A DNA stretch of 64,000 bases. Source: Candidatus Kaiserbacteria bacterium (lineage in GTDB: Bacteria; Patescibacteriota; Minisyncoccia; Phycocordibacterales; Phycocordibacteraceae). The DNA is taken from the NCBI GenBank assembly GCA_016217905.1, contig JACRFL010000013.1, positions 3,184 through 67,183 of the forward strand, in the 5' to 3' direction. Below, in pieces: positions 27,818 to 38,452 of this stretch; within the stretch, counting starts at the first letter, position 1; every line of letters starts with the position of its first letter. Under the pieces are notes generated by a model. It had not been told where the DNA came from, did no database searches, and worked only from the letters and a program-made list of their open reading frames with translations. The translations under genes were made by a program, and so were the position numbers.

Positions 27818-30800
27818 TCAGAGCGCTCGCGGAGTGCGCGGGGCAAAGGATGTCGTGCGCGATTCGTAGGTCGGTGCCGGGCGCTCGGCCTGGAGCTTCT
27901 TGATGTACGCGAACTTCTTGCTGCCAGAGAAACCGGTCCCCGACGGTATGAGTCGGCCGAGAATGACGTTCTCTTTCAGTCCGCGCAAGCGATCCACCGA
28001 TCCGCGAAGCGCGGCATTGATAAGGATCTTCGTCGTCTGCTCAAAGGAGGCAGCCGAGAGGAACGAGCGGCGGGAAAGCGCGCTCTCCTTGATGCCAAGC
28101 ACGATCTCGTGCGCCGAGGGAGCCATCTTGCCCGCCTCCTCCATCTCCGCGACCGATTTCGCAAACTCCCAATCTTCCACGACGTCGCCGACCGAATAGT
28201 CGGTGTCGCCCGCATCCGTGATCTTCACGCGCGAGAACATCTGCTTCACGACGACCTCGAGGTGCTTTCGAGAGACGGGCGCGCCCTGGAGTTCGTATAT
28301 CTTGGACGCCTCCGTGATGATGTACTCCTGCACCGTCGCTCGGCCGGCGTGCTCGAAGAGGTCGTCGAGGTCAGCAGAACCGTCGGTGAGTATCCGGCCC
28401 TTTGTGACCGTATCGCCCTCCTTCACCAAAGGAACGCGCGGATACGGCGCGAGGTACTCGTACGCCGAACCGTCCTTCTTCCCTTGTCCGGCAAGCGGCG
28501 CCACGACGATGACCTTCTCGCGTCCCTCCTCTTTTATCTCGGTCACGATGCCGTCGGACTTGCTGATGACGGCCGGATTCTTCGGGGAGCGCTTCTCGAA
28601 TACCTCCTCGACGCGCGGAAGGCCGCTCGTGATATCGCCGCCGACCGATGCGACGCCGCCGGCATGGAAGGTGCGCATGGTAAGTTGCGTGCCCGGCTCG
28701 CCGATGGCCTGCGCCGCGATCGTGCCCACCGCCTCGCCGAGATCGACGAGCTCCTGGGTCGTGAGATCCATGCCGTAGCAGGTCTGGCAGACGCCGTAGC
28801 GCGTCTCGCACGACATCGCCGAGCGTGCGACGATCGACACGATCGAGGAAGCCGAAAGATCCTCGGCGTCAATCGCGGAGAGATAGTGCCCCTTCTTGAA
28901 AAGGGTCATGCCGTCTTCGCTCTTTGCGTCTTCGGCGAGGACGCGGCCGCGAAGCGCTTCGGCATAATTGATCTGGATGCCCGAAGCACTCACGCGATTG
29001 ATCTTCACGCCGCGCTTCGTGCCGCAGTCTTTCTCGGTTACGATGGAGTCCTGCGCCACGTCGAAGAGGCGGCGCGTGAGATATCCGGCTTTTGCGGTGC
29101 CGAGCGCGGTGTCGGTAAGGCCCTTCCGCGCGCCATGGGTGCTCATGAAGTACTCGATCGGATTCAACCCCTCGATCATCGACGAGGTGATCGGCACCTC
29201 GATGGTCTGGCCCGCGGTGTTCTGGATAAGACCCTTCATGCCCGCCATCTGGGTAAGGTTGCCGAGGGTACCGCGCGCTCCGCTTCGTACCATGTCGGCG
29301 ACGGAGCCCATCGGGTCGAGCTCGAGCGCGACCTGCTCCTCAACCGCCTGCTTGGATCCCTGCCAAATCTCGATGGCCATGCGACGCTTCTCTTCCTCGG
29401 AAAGAAGGCCGTTTTTATAATCCTCTTCTATCTTGGCGACCTTGGTGACCGCCTCCGCGACGATGCGCGCTTTCTCCTTCGGCACGGAAACGTCGTCGAT
29501 CGCCCACGAGATGCCCGAGCGCGTCGCGTAGTCGAAGCCGAAGCGCTTCACCTTGTTTACGATGTCCGGAACGGCGTCGAGGCCGTAGCGGGCGATGCAA
29601 TCGTTGACGATCCACGCGAGCGCTTTTTTGGTGATGGTCTCGTTGACGAACGGATAGTCGGCGGGTAGGACGGTGTTGAAGAGGAGCCGGCCGACCGTGG
29701 TCTCGAACGGACGGTTCTCGAATGCCGCGTACTTCTCCTTGCCGCTCATCGGAAGCACCCGGACCTTGGCTCGCAGATCGATGGCGCCGTATTCGGACGT
29801 GAGGATCGCCGCGTTCGGCGATGCGAAATACTCTCCTTCGCCCTTCGCGGCGTCGACCGCCTTCGTGAGCCAGTAGACGCCGAGAATGATGTCGAGTGGT
29901 TTCCCCGTGAGCACGATCATCTCGCCGGAACCCGGCTTGAGGATGTTCTTGTTCGCGCTCATGATATTTTTGGCTTCCCACTGCGCCTCCTCCGAAAGGG
30001 GCACGTGCACCGCCATCTGGTCGCCGTCGAAGTCCGCGTTGAACGCGTTGCAGACGAGCGGATGGAGCTGGATGGCGTCTCCTTCGATGAGCCGAGGACG
30101 GAACGCCTGGATGCCCTGGCGGTGCAGGGTCGGCGCGCGGTTGAGGAGCACGTGCTTCCCCTTGATGGCTTCTTCAAGAAGTTCCCACACTTCGGCAACG
30201 CCGTCCTCGATGAGGCGACCGGCGCCGCGAATGTTGAACGCGAGTTCGCGTTCGAGCAGACCCGCGATGACGAACGGGCGGAAAAGCTCGAGCGCCATGT
30301 GCTTCGGAAGACCGCACTCGTCGAGCTCGAGGTCCGGACCGACGACGATGACCGAGCGGCCGGAGTAGTCAACGCGCTTGCCGAGAAGATTCTGACGGAA
30401 GTATCCTTGCTTGCCCTTGAGGTAGTCGGCGAGCGACTTGAGCGGTCGGCGCTGCGCGAGCGTCATCGCGCCGGCGGAAGCGCCCCCCTTCCTCACGGAA
30501 TTGTCGAGGAGCGCATCGACCGCTTCCTGGAGAATGCGCTTCTCGTTCCGGAGGATGACCTCCGGCGCATGAATGTCGATGAGCTTCTTGAGGCGGTTGT
30601 TACGGTTGATGACGCGGCGATAGAGGTCGTTGACGTCGCTGGTCGCGTGGCGGCCGCCCTCAAGAGCGACCATGGGGCGAAGCGCCGGCGGGATGACCGG
30701 GATGCGCGTGAGGAACATCCACTCGGGCCGCACTCCGGAGGCGATGAGGCCAGCAATGAGCGAAAGGCGTTTTGCGAGCTTCTCGCGCTCGGCGGCGCCG

Positions 30801-31537
30801 GCGTGCTCGTAACGCGCCGCGAGAGTCTTCTCAAGCTCCGTGAGGTCAATCGAACGGAAAATATCATAAATAGCCTCGGCCCCAATCCTCGCTTCAAAGA
30901 GACCGCCGTACTTCACCGAGAAGCGGTGATACTCGAGCTCGTCGAGGACCTTGCCGACGACGACGCCTTCGATCTCGGATTTTGCGAGCGTCATCTTCTC
31001 CTTCAGAGCATCGCGATCTTTATCGCTTCCGAGCGACTTGTACTTCGACTTATACTCGCTCTCGAGCTCGGCGAGGAGGCGCTTCTTTTCCTCTTCGACG
31101 ACCTTCGTGACGATGTAGCCCGCGAAGTAGACGACCTTCTCGATATCGGCCGCGGAAGCACCGAGCAAGAGCGCCATACGCGAGGGCACCGAGCGGAGGA
31201 ACCAGATGTGCGCGACCGGCGTGCACAACTCGATGTGGCCCATGCGTTCGCGGCGCATGATGGAGCGGGTGATCTCGACGCCGCACTTGTCGCAGACGAT
31301 GCCCTTGTACCGGATGCCCTTGTATTTGCCGCAATAGCACTCGTAGTCCTTTTCCGGGCCGAATATCTTCTCGTCGAAGAGCCCGTGCTTCTCCGAACGC
31401 TGGGTGCGGTAGTTGATGGTCTCCGGCTTCGTCACTTCGCCCGAGGACCACGCGAGGATGCGCTCGGGCGAGGCGAGCGTGAGCCGAAGCGCGTTCCACG
31501 TATCGCGCGGAAGAAGTTTACGGGGGGTGAAGGACAT
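27818..31537 (-). CDS. rpoC: DNA-directed RNA polymerase beta' subunit
   Basis: Zn-binding CxxC...CxxC, the catalytic NADFDGDQMAVH motif and the trigger-loop region. 1239 aa. Confidence 0.95.
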   Translation of the reverse strand: MSFTPRKLLPRDTWNALRLTLASPERILAWSSGEVTKPETINYRTQRSEKHGLFDEKIFGPEKDYECYCGKYKGIRYKGIVCDKCGVEITRSIMRRERMGHIELCTPVAHIWFLRSVPSRMALLLGASAADIEKVVYFAGYIVTKVVEEEKKRLLAELESEYKSKYKSLGSDKDRDALKEKMTLAKSEIEGVVVGKVLDELEYHRFSVKYGGLFEARIGAEAIYDIFRSIDLTELEKTLAARYEHAGAAEREKLAKRLSLIAGLIASGVRPEWMFLTRIPVIPPALRPMVALEGGRHATSDVNDLYRRVINRNNRLKKLIDIHAPEVILRNEKRILQEAVDALLDNSVRKGGASAGAMTLAQRRPLKSLADYLKGKQGYFRQNLLGKRVDYSGRSVIVVGPDLELDECGLPKHMALELFRPFVIAGLLERELAFNIRGAGRLIEDGVAEVWELLEEAIKGKHVLLNRAPTLHRQGIQAFRPRLIEGDAIQLHPLVCNAFNADFDGDQMAVHVPLSEEAQWEAKNIMSANKNILKPGSGEMIVLTGKPLDIILGVYWLTKAVDAAKGEGEYFASPNAAILTSEYGAIDLRAKVRVLPMSGKEKYAAFENRPFETTVGRLLFNTVLPADYPFVNETITKKALAWIVNDCIARYGLDAVPDIVNKVKRFGFDYATRSGISWAIDDVSVPKEKARIVAEAVTKVAKIEEDYKNGLLSEEEKRRMAIEIWQGSKQAVEEQVALELDPMGSVADMVRSGARGTLGNLTQMAGMKGLIQNTAGQTIEVPITSSMIEGLNPIEYFMSTHGARKGLTDTALGTAKAGYLTRRLFDVAQDSIVTEKDCGTKRGVKINRVSASGIQINYAEALRGRVLAEDAKSEDGMTLFKKGHYLSAIDAEDLSASSIVSIVARSAMSCETRYGVCQTCYGMDLTTQELVDLGEAVGTIAAQAIGEPGTQLTMRTFHAGGVASVGGDITSGLPRVEEVFEKRSPKNPAVISKSDGIVTEIKEEGREKVIVVAPLAGQGKKDGSAYEYLAPYPRVPLVKEGDTVTKGRILTDGSADLDDLFEHAGRATVQEYIITEASKIYELQGAPVSRKHLEVVVKQMFSRVKITDAGDTDYSVGDVVEDWEFAKSVAEMEEAGKMAPSAHEIVLGIKESALSRRSFLSAASFEQTTKILINAALRGSVDRLRGLKENVILGRLIPSGTGFSGSKKFAYIKKLQAERPAPTYESRTTSFAPRTPRAL

Positions 31538-31577
31538 ATGCGTGATGTTTAAATTTTTAAATGTTTAAATATTCCAT

Positions 31578-34500
31578 TCACGCCTCCGGCTCCGACGGGA
31601 GCGAGAGCGGCTCGACATCAAGCGCGAGGCCGCGGATCTGGTTGGTGAGAACGGCGAAGGAAGCCGGGGTACCCGTATGACTGATCGGTTCGCTTTTGAC
31701 AATCGCATCGAAAGCGGCGGAACGCCCCTGGATGTCGTCCGACTTGATGGTGAGCATCTCGCGCAACGTGTACGCGGCGCCGTAGCCCAAGAGCGCCCAC
31801 ACCTCCATTTCGCCGAAGCGCTGGCCGCCGTTCTGCGCCTTGCCGCCAAGCGGCTGCTGAGTGATGAGCGAGTACGGGCCGATGGAACGCATGTGGATCT
31901 TGTCCTCCACCATGTGATGGAGCTTGAGAACGTACATGTAGCCGACCGCGATATCCTGCGCGAAGGCCTCGCCCGTGCGGCCGTCGTAGAGCCGCATCTT
32001 GCCACTCTTGTCGAATCCAGCGAGAGCGAGTTCTTCGCGGATCTCGTCAGCGGTCGCGCCCGCAAACGGCGGGACGACTGCCTGATACTGGAGCGTATGC
32101 GCCGCGAGCCCGAGATGCATCTCGAGAATCTGTCCGAGGTTCATGCGCGACGGGACGCCAAGCGGCGTGAGGATAATGTCGACCGGATTGCCGTCCTTGT
32201 CGTACGGCATGTCGGCAATCGGCAGCACGCGGCTGATAACGCCCTTGTTACCGTGACGTCCGGCAAGCTTGTCACCGACCGAAACATTGCGTACTTGCGC
32301 GACCGTCACGACGATCTTCTTAATGATACCCGTCTCGAGCTGATCGCCCTTCTCGCGGGAGAAAACACGCACGCCGATGACGCGGCCGCGCTTCCCGCCC
32401 TCCATCCGGAGCGACGTGTCCTTCACGTCCTTCGCCTTGTCGCCGAAAATGCTCCGGAGGAGGCGCTCTTCCGGCGTGAGCTGCGTCTCGCCCTTCGGCG
32501 TTACCTTGCCGACGAGGATGTCGCCCGGGCGCACCTCCGCGCCGATGCGGATCACGCCCTCTTCGTCGAGGTTCTTGAGCCGGAGTTCGCCGACGTTCGG
32601 GATGTCGTGCGTAGTCGTCTCGGGGCCGAGCTTCGTGTCGCGCACCACGCACTCGAAGTCTTCGATGTGTACGGTCGTGAACTTCGCCTCTTCGACGAGA
32701 CGTTCGGAGATGATGATGGCGTCTTCGTAGTTGGCGCCATTCCAGCTCATGAACGCGACGCGCACGTTCTGACCGAGCGCGAGCTGGCCCTGATCGGTCG
32801 AGGAGTTGTTCGCGAGCACGTCGCCCTTCTTCACCCTTTCGCCGAGAGCGACCGAGGGCCGCTGCATGAACGCAGAGTTCTGGTTGGTCTGGGTGAGTCC
32901 CTGGAGGCGGTACTCCTTCTTCTTCCCCTCCTTGTTTTCTACGACGATTTTGCGCGCATCGACGTATATGACTTCGCCGGATTCGCTTGCGAGCACGAGG
33001 CGGCCGGTCGAGCGCGCCGCGTGCGTCTCGATGCCGGTGGCGACAAGCGGCGCCTCGGGGATGAGGACCGGAGTCGCCTGCTTCTGCATGTTGGAACCCA
33101 TAAGCGCGCGGTTCGCGTCGTCATGGTCGACAAACGGAATCATCGATGTCGCAATGGAGAACATCTGGTAGGTTGAAGCATCCATGAGCGTGATCGAGTC
33201 GCGCGGAACGATGATCGGATTGCCCTTGTGGCGCGCCTCGACGAAGTCGGATGCTATTCTGCCGGAGTCATCGAGCTTGGTCGCGCCGTGCGCGATCATC
33301 TCAAGTTCCTCGTCAAGCGCGTTCAGATATACAACCTCATCGGTCACCTTTCCCCTCGAAACGCGGATGTAGGGCGTTTCAATGACGCCGAAATCGTTCG
33401 TGCGCGCGTGGGTCGCGAGCCGAAGGATAAGGCCGATGTTCTGCCCTTCCGGCGTATGGATGGGACAGAGGCGGCCGTAGTGAGAAGGATGCACATCGCG
33501 CACCTCGAAGCCGGCGCGCTCTCGGGTGAGGCCGCCAGGGCCGAGCGCGGAGAGCGTGCGCATGTTCTCGAGCTCGGCGAGGATGTTCTGCTGGTCCATG
33601 AACTGCGAGAGCTGGTTCGCGGTGAAGAACTCGTGCACGGAAGCGTGAAAGGGGCGCGGATTGACGAGCGCCATCGGGAGCGTGGTCTCGCTCTCAATCG
33701 TCGACATGCGATCCTGGATGTTGCGCTTCATGCGGCTCATGCCCACCCGCATGCGCGCCTGGAGAAGCTCGCCGACGAAGCGGACGCGGCGGAAGCCGAG
33801 GTGATCGATGTCGTCGGGACGTGCCGACAGATCCGCATTCAGCTTCGTGATCTCCGAAATGATGCGGACGAAGTCCGCGAGCGCGAGCGTGCGCCTCTCG
33901 AGCGCCTTCTCGGTCGTCGGCAAACCGAAACGTGCATTGAGACGATGGCGGCCGACCTTCCCGAGGTCGTAGCGTTCGGCGCTGAAGAGTGATTGCACAA
34001 AATTTTTCGCATTCTCTGGCGTCGCGAGGTCGCCGTCGCGCATGCGGCGGTGGATCTCGACGTACGCTTCCTCGACCGACTTCGCCTCGTCGTGGACTAG
34101 GGTCGCTTTTATCGCCGCGAGCGCGAGCGGATCGTTTGCGAAGTGCTTGGCTACCGCCTCGCCGACGACGCCGCCGAAGACGGTGAGTATCTGAGTGATG
34201 GGAAATTTGCGTTTCCGGTCGATCTTCATGAATATCGCGCCGTCGGCCTCCGAGTCGATCTCGATCCACACGCCCCGAAGCGGGATGATCTTCGAGCCGA
34301 AGTACTGCTTCCCGCGGATGAGCTCGGAGACGAAGAACGCGCCGAAGCTCCGGGCAAGCTGCGGGACGATGGCGCGCTCGACACCCGAGACGATGAAGGA
34401 GCCGTGCGGCGTCATGATCGGCATGTCGGTGAGGAAGATGTCCTGCGTCTTCTCCGAACCGAGCGTTTTATTCACGAGACGGACAGTCACCTTGATTGGC

Positions 34501-34754
34501 GCCTCGTACGTGCGCATATTTTCGCGCGCGAAGTCCTCGTCGTATTTGGACTCGCCGACTTCGAAATCTTCAAACCGCAACTCGAACTTCTTCCCCGAGT
34601 AATCGGTGATCGGTGAGAATTCCTTGAAAAGCTCGGTGAGACCGTCTTTGAGAAGCCAGTCGAACGAGCTGCGCTGGTGCCCCACGAGATCCGGGAATGG
34701 CACCTGCGGCGCCCGGAACGCGCCGAAAGTCTTCTGGACGATGTTTTTGCGCAT
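31578..34754 (-). CDS. rpoB: DNA-directed RNA polymerase beta subunit
   Basis: Conserved rifampicin-cluster and catalytic regions; 1058 aa; immediately upstream of rpoC. Confidence 0.95.
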   Translation of the reverse strand: MRKNIVQKTFGAFRAPQVPFPDLVGHQRSSFDWLLKDGLTELFKEFSPITDYSGKKFELRFEDFEVGESKYDEDFARENMRTYEAPIKVTVRLVNKTLGSEKTQDIFLTDMPIMTPHGSFIVSGVERAIVPQLARSFGAFFVSELIRGKQYFGSKIIPLRGVWIEIDSEADGAIFMKIDRKRKFPITQILTVFGGVVGEAVAKHFANDPLALAAIKATLVHDEAKSVEEAYVEIHRRMRDGDLATPENAKNFVQSLFSAERYDLGKVGRHRLNARFGLPTTEKALERRTLALADFVRIISEITKLNADLSARPDDIDHLGFRRVRFVGELLQARMRVGMSRMKRNIQDRMSTIESETTLPMALVNPRPFHASVHEFFTANQLSQFMDQQNILAELENMRTLSALGPGGLTRERAGFEVRDVHPSHYGRLCPIHTPEGQNIGLILRLATHARTNDFGVIETPYIRVSRGKVTDEVVYLNALDEELEMIAHGATKLDDSGRIASDFVEARHKGNPIIVPRDSITLMDASTYQMFSIATSMIPFVDHDDANRALMGSNMQKQATPVLIPEAPLVATGIETHAARSTGRLVLASESGEVIYVDARKIVVENKEGKKKEYRLQGLTQTNQNSAFMQRPSVALGERVKKGDVLANNSSTDQGQLALGQNVRVAFMSWNGANYEDAIIISERLVEEAKFTTVHIEDFECVVRDTKLGPETTTHDIPNVGELRLKNLDEEGVIRIGAEVRPGDILVGKVTPKGETQLTPEERLLRSIFGDKAKDVKDTSLRMEGGKRGRVIGVRVFSREKGDQLETGIIKKIVVTVAQVRNVSVGDKLAGRHGNKGVISRVLPIADMPYDKDGNPVDIILTPLGVPSRMNLGQILEMHLGLAAHTLQYQAVVPPFAGATADEIREELALAGFDKSGKMRLYDGRTGEAFAQDIAVGYMYVLKLHHMVEDKIHMRSIGPYSLITQQPLGGKAQNGGQRFGEMEVWALLGYGAAYTLREMLTIKSDDIQGRSAAFDAIVKSEPISHTGTPASFAVLTNQIRGLALDVEPLSLPSEPEA

Positions 34755-34953
34755 ATGGTGGTAACGTGAGGTGGTTAAAAAGGAAAACTATATACAAATG
34801 CGAACGCACGGAAATAAATCCGCTTGCGCTATCGCGTTTTTCTCCGGTTCCCGTATGAACTACCCAGCCCTCCATTCCATTACTCACTCGTATCTTGTAT
34901 GCTCACTGTATCAGCTCGCCTCTTTTCGCGCAAGAGGTGTTGGGGATAAGAAG

Positions 34954-35622
34954 CTAACGCTTCGTGCGCCACGCATCAATCTTGGCGTGGTGGCCGGTTC
35001 GGAGAACTTTGGGAACGCGATACTTCTTACCTTTGTATAAAATTGTCTCGGGGCGGGTGTAGACGGCCGATGAGGCGATACGACGCTCCTCCACGGAGGC
35101 GTCCTTGCCGAGGACGCCCGGCAGGCGGCGCGTGACCGCATCCACGATTGCGAGCGCCGGCACTTCCCCTCCGGTATACACCGCTTCGCCGACGGCAAAT
35201 TCTTTCACCGGCGCGAACGTCTTGAGGATCTTCTTCGCGCGCTCGTCGATGCCCTCGTAGCGGCCGCAGACAAGGACGACATCCGTGTACTTTGCAAGCG
35301 CGTCTGCATACTTATTTGTGAATTGCTTCCCGCTCGGACTAAACCATATAATTAGCGGCTTTTTCATGTAGGACGTACGACGTCCTACATTCTTTTTCAA
35401 AGCTTTTTCCACGGCTTTGACGACCGGGAGTGCGGTCATCACCATCCCGGGGCCGCCGCCATACGGACGTTCATCCACCTTGCCCCACTTGTTGTCGACG
35501 AAATCACGCGGGGTCTGATACGTTACAGAAATCTTCTTCTCCTTCCGCACGCGCCCGATAATCGACGCCGAAAGATACGCGTCGCACGCTTCTTCAAACA
35601 ATGTAATCAAATGGAATTTCAC
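34954..35622 (-). CDS. trmD: tRNA (guanine37-N1)-methyltransferase
   Basis: SPOUT-fold motifs: N-terminal HLITLFEEA, ERPYGGGPGMVM and a C-terminal VLRTGHHAKIDAWR. Confidence 0.9.
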   Translation of the reverse strand: MKFHLITLFEEACDAYLSASIIGRVRKEKKISVTYQTPRDFVDNKWGKVDERPYGGGPGMVMTALPVVKAVEKALKKNVGRRTSYMKKPLIIWFSPSGKQFTNKYADALAKYTDVVLVCGRYEGIDERAKKILKTFAPVKEFAVGEAVYTGGEVPALAIVDAVTRRLPGVLGKDASVEERRIASSAVYTRPETILYKGKKYRVPKVLRTGHHAKIDAWRTKR

Positions 35623-35624
35623 TT

Positions 35625-35924
35625 CTATAATTCTTCAACGACCTGATCCACGGTCTTGAACTCCTGTTCGCGCTTGCCACCGACCGGCTCGTTTATTTTG
35701 AGATTCACGCGCGCATTCCCTTTCATCCCGACGACCCGCAGAAGGATGCGAAGCGCCTCGGCGGTCTTGCCGCTCTTACCGATTATCTTGCCCATGTCCT
35801 CCGGGTGGACGGTGAGCGTGAGGAGGACGCCCATCTGATCAATGGTGCGCGTGATCTCGACCGCCTCGGGACGGTCGACGAGCGCCTTCACTGCGTATTC
35901 CAGAAATGCTTGGTCAGATTCCAT
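35625..35924 (-). CDS. KH-domain RNA-binding protein (YlqC/UPF0109-like)
   Basis: GKIIGKSGKTAEALR is the KH GXXG loop. It sits in the canonical rpsP-KH-(rimM)-trmD position. Confidence 0.75.
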   Translation of the reverse strand: MESDQAFLEYAVKALVDRPEAVEITRTIDQMGVLLTLTVHPEDMGKIIGKSGKTAEALRILLRVVGMKGNARVNLKINEPVGGKREQEFKTVDQVVEEL

Positions 35925-35968
35925 ACAGGGATATTTAGAATGGTAGCACCGCCCTGTGGGCGATGGGG

Positions 35969-36451
35969 TTACGCGGCCGGTGCCTCTTCGGCTGCCGGAG
36001 CTTCCGCGGGCGCAGCATCTTCTGCCGGAGCCGGTTCAGCTTCCACGGCGACTTCTGTCTCCGTCGACATAGGTGCTGCCTCTGCTGGAGCTTCGGCTGC
36101 GGCCTTTTCAGCGACCGCGGCGACCTTCGCGGCTTCCGCCGCCGCCGCTTCTGCGGCGATGACTTCTTCGCTCTTCTGCGGGGACTTGCGCGGGAGGACG
36201 TTCACCTTCTTCCCTCCGATGACGCCTTTATTGATAAGAAGATTGCGGATGGAGTCGGTTGGTTGGGCGCCCTTCGCGATCCACTCCTTCACGCTCTCTT
36301 CGTCGAACGTAAGTGCTTTGCTGCGCGGGTTGTAGGTACCGAGAAGTTCGACAATGTTGCCCGCTTTCGCCGCGCGCTCCTTCTCAAGGACGACAATGCG
36401 AAACGCCGGATCGTTGGTCCGGCCGATGCGCTGAAATCGAATCATCAACAT
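35969..36451 (-). CDS. rpsP: 30S ribosomal protein S16 with a long Ala/Glu-rich C-terminal extension
   Basis: N-terminus MLMIRFQRIGRTNDPAFRIVV is an S16 hallmark. The roughly 70-aa tail reads AEAAAAEAAKVAAVAEKAAAEAPAEAAP. Confidence 0.85.
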   Translation of the reverse strand: MLMIRFQRIGRTNDPAFRIVVLEKERAAKAGNIVELLGTYNPRSKALTFDEESVKEWIAKGAQPTDSIRNLLINKGVIGGKKVNVLPRKSPQKSEEVIAAEAAAAEAAKVAAVAEKAAAEAPAEAAPMSTETEVAVEAEPAPAEDAAPAEAPAAEEAPAA

Positions 36452-36498
36452 AAGCGCGACTATAGCAGAAGCGCTGCAATATTGCTAGAGTACGAGAA

Positions 36499-38448
36499 AT
36501 GGCAGCGGAAACACTCTACGAGGGCCCGATAACGATGACCCGGAAAGGCATCGGCTTTTTCTCGGTTGGCGCCGATACGGAGGACCTGATTATCCCGCCG
36601 GAGTGGACCCATCACGCGCTTCACGGCGACATCGTGAAGGTCGCTCCGGCCGGCAGCTATCGCGACCCGAGGGGGATGATGCCGCCGAGAGAGGCCGGCA
36701 AGGTCGCCGAGATCGTCTCGCGCGCGCGCGAGACATTCGTCGGCACGCTAATCGAGGAAAACGACCTCACGATGATGGCGCCGGACTACAAGAAGATGCA
36801 TGTGCCGATTGTCATTAAGGACAGAGGCGATGCGCCGCTCGGCTATAAAGTCCTCGTGCGGCTCGCAAGCTGGGAGGCTGACAAAGAATATCCGCTCGGT
36901 ACTATCGAAGAAGTTATCGGCAAGGCTGGCGCGCATGAGACCGAGATGCGTGCACTCGCGCTTGGGCAGGGATTCTCGCCCGCCTTCCCTCCCGGTGTTG
37001 TCGCCGATGCGAAACATCTCGAGGAGCACGGACGCGCGCTGCTCGCCGAAGAGGCGAAAAATTCAAAGCGTCGCGACTTCAGAAACGTCAGCACCTGTAC
37101 CATCGACCCCTTCGACGCAAAAGACTTCGACGATGCGCTCTCCGTGCGGAAACTTCCTGACGGGAACATCGAAGTCGGCGTCCATATCGCCGATGTCTCT
37201 TTCTTCGTGAAGCCCGGTACCGCGCTCGACAAGGAGGCGGTGGAGCGCGCGACAAGCGTATACCTCGTCGACCGCACGATCCCGATGCTCCCCGAGATTC
37301 TCTCGACCAACCTCTGCTCGCTGAATCCGAACCAGGACCGCCTCGCCGTCTCTGCGGTCTTTACGCTCGATGAAGAGGCGAATATCAAGGATACCTGGTT
37401 CGGCGAGACGGTCATCCACTCCGACAAACGCTTTACGTATGAAAACGCTCAAGAGGTGCTCGACCGAGGCGAGGGCGATTTACACGCAGAGCTCTCGACA
37501 CTTCTCGAACTTTCCAAGAAGATCCGCGCGCGGCGCGCGGCGAAGGGCGCTATTGAATTTGATACCGCCGAGGTCAAGGTCGAGCTCGATGAGGCAGGTA
37601 AGCCGATCGCTATCCGTCTCAAAGAGCGCAAGGCGACGAACCTCCTCATCGAGGACTTTATGCTGCTCGCTAACGAAGCAGTGGCGAAGCATCTCTCTGC
37701 GCTCACGAAGAATGGCGGGCCGCACTTCTACTCGCTCTACCGTATTCACGATGTGCCGGACACCGACCGTATCGAAAATCTCGCGAACCTGCTTCGCTCC
37801 ATGGGCTACCACTTGAAAACGTCCGGCGGCGGCCAAGTCACCGGTGCCGAATTAAACAAACTTCTCGAATCGGTAAAGGGGAAGCCGGAAGAATATCTTG
37901 TAAAAACCGCGGCGCTGCGCTCGATGAGCAAGGCCGTCTACGCGACCCGCAACATCGGCCACTTCGGCCTCGCGTTCGACTACTACACGCACTTCACCTC
38001 CCCCATACGCCGCTACCCCGATCTCGTTGCCCATCGACTTATCAAGGCGCATGCAGGCGGCGCCCCGATAACGTCGGAAGAGATGCGGGAGTTTGATAAA
38101 CTCGCATTCCACGCCTCCGAGCGCGAGGTGGCCGCCGCCGACGCCGAGCGCGACTCGATCAAGATGAAGCAGGTGGAGTTTCTCGCCGAGCGCATCGGCG
38201 AAGAATTCGATGCCGTTATCTCTGGCGTCACCGATCGCGGCCTCTACGTCGAAGAACAGGCGACTCATGCCGACGGCATGGTCCGCATCAAAGACGTCGG
38301 CGACGATTATTTCGAATACGAAGAGAAGCAATATCGACTTGTCGGCCGCCGCACGAAGAAGGCGTACCGCCTCGGCGACCCCATCCGCGTGCGCCTCTCC
38401 GCCGCGCGCATCGCGGAAAAAGAACTGGACTTCGTTCCGGTCGTCTAA
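36499..38448 (+). CDS. rnr: Ribonuclease R / exoribonuclease II family (RNB domain)
   Basis: Cold-shock-like N-terminal domain, RNB catalytic motifs (TIDPFDAKDFDDALSV and others) and a C-terminal S1 domain. Confidence 0.9.
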   Translation: MAAETLYEGPITMTRKGIGFFSVGADTEDLIIPPEWTHHALHGDIVKVAPAGSYRDPRGMMPPREAGKVAEIVSRARETFVGTLIEENDLTMMAPDYKKMHVPIVIKDRGDAPLGYKVLVRLASWEADKEYPLGTIEEVIGKAGAHETEMRALALGQGFSPAFPPGVVADAKHLEEHGRALLAEEAKNSKRRDFRNVSTCTIDPFDAKDFDDALSVRKLPDGNIEVGVHIADVSFFVKPGTALDKEAVERATSVYLVDRTIPMLPEILSTNLCSLNPNQDRLAVSAVFTLDEEANIKDTWFGETVIHSDKRFTYENAQEVLDRGEGDLHAELSTLLELSKKIRARRAAKGAIEFDTAEVKVELDEAGKPIAIRLKERKATNLLIEDFMLLANEAVAKHLSALTKNGGPHFYSLYRIHDVPDTDRIENLANLLRSMGYHLKTSGGGQVTGAELNKLLESVKGKPEEYLVKTAALRSMSKAVYATRNIGHFGLAFDYYTHFTSPIRRYPDLVAHRLIKAHAGGAPITSEEMREFDKLAFHASEREVAAADAERDSIKMKQVEFLAERIGEEFDAVISGVTDRGLYVEEQATHADGMVRIKDVGDDYFEYEEKQYRLVGRRTKKAYRLGDPIRVRLSAARIAEKELDFVPVV

Positions 38449-38452
38449 AACA

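Noticed and set aside
26372-29668. Very long antisense ORF of 1098 aa opposite dnaG/rpoC. Similar long ORFs lie opposite rpoB (31677..33176), rpoC (30005..31552), dnaE (44047..45393), the surface protein (48493..50250), rpoD (24737..26092) and others.
   Set aside because: They are the expected stop-codon-poor antisense frames of a high-GC genome. Their translations are Arg/Ala/Gly-rich low-complexity sequence with no motifs, while the opposite strand encodes unmistakable conserved proteins.
34755-34953. Possible missing rplS (L19) between trmD and rpoB.
   Set aside because: The 199-nt spacer has no ORF resembling L19. It more likely contains the trmD terminator (CCTCTTGCGCGAAAAGAGG) and an rpoB promoter; a TATATA/TATAGT box lies near 34790.
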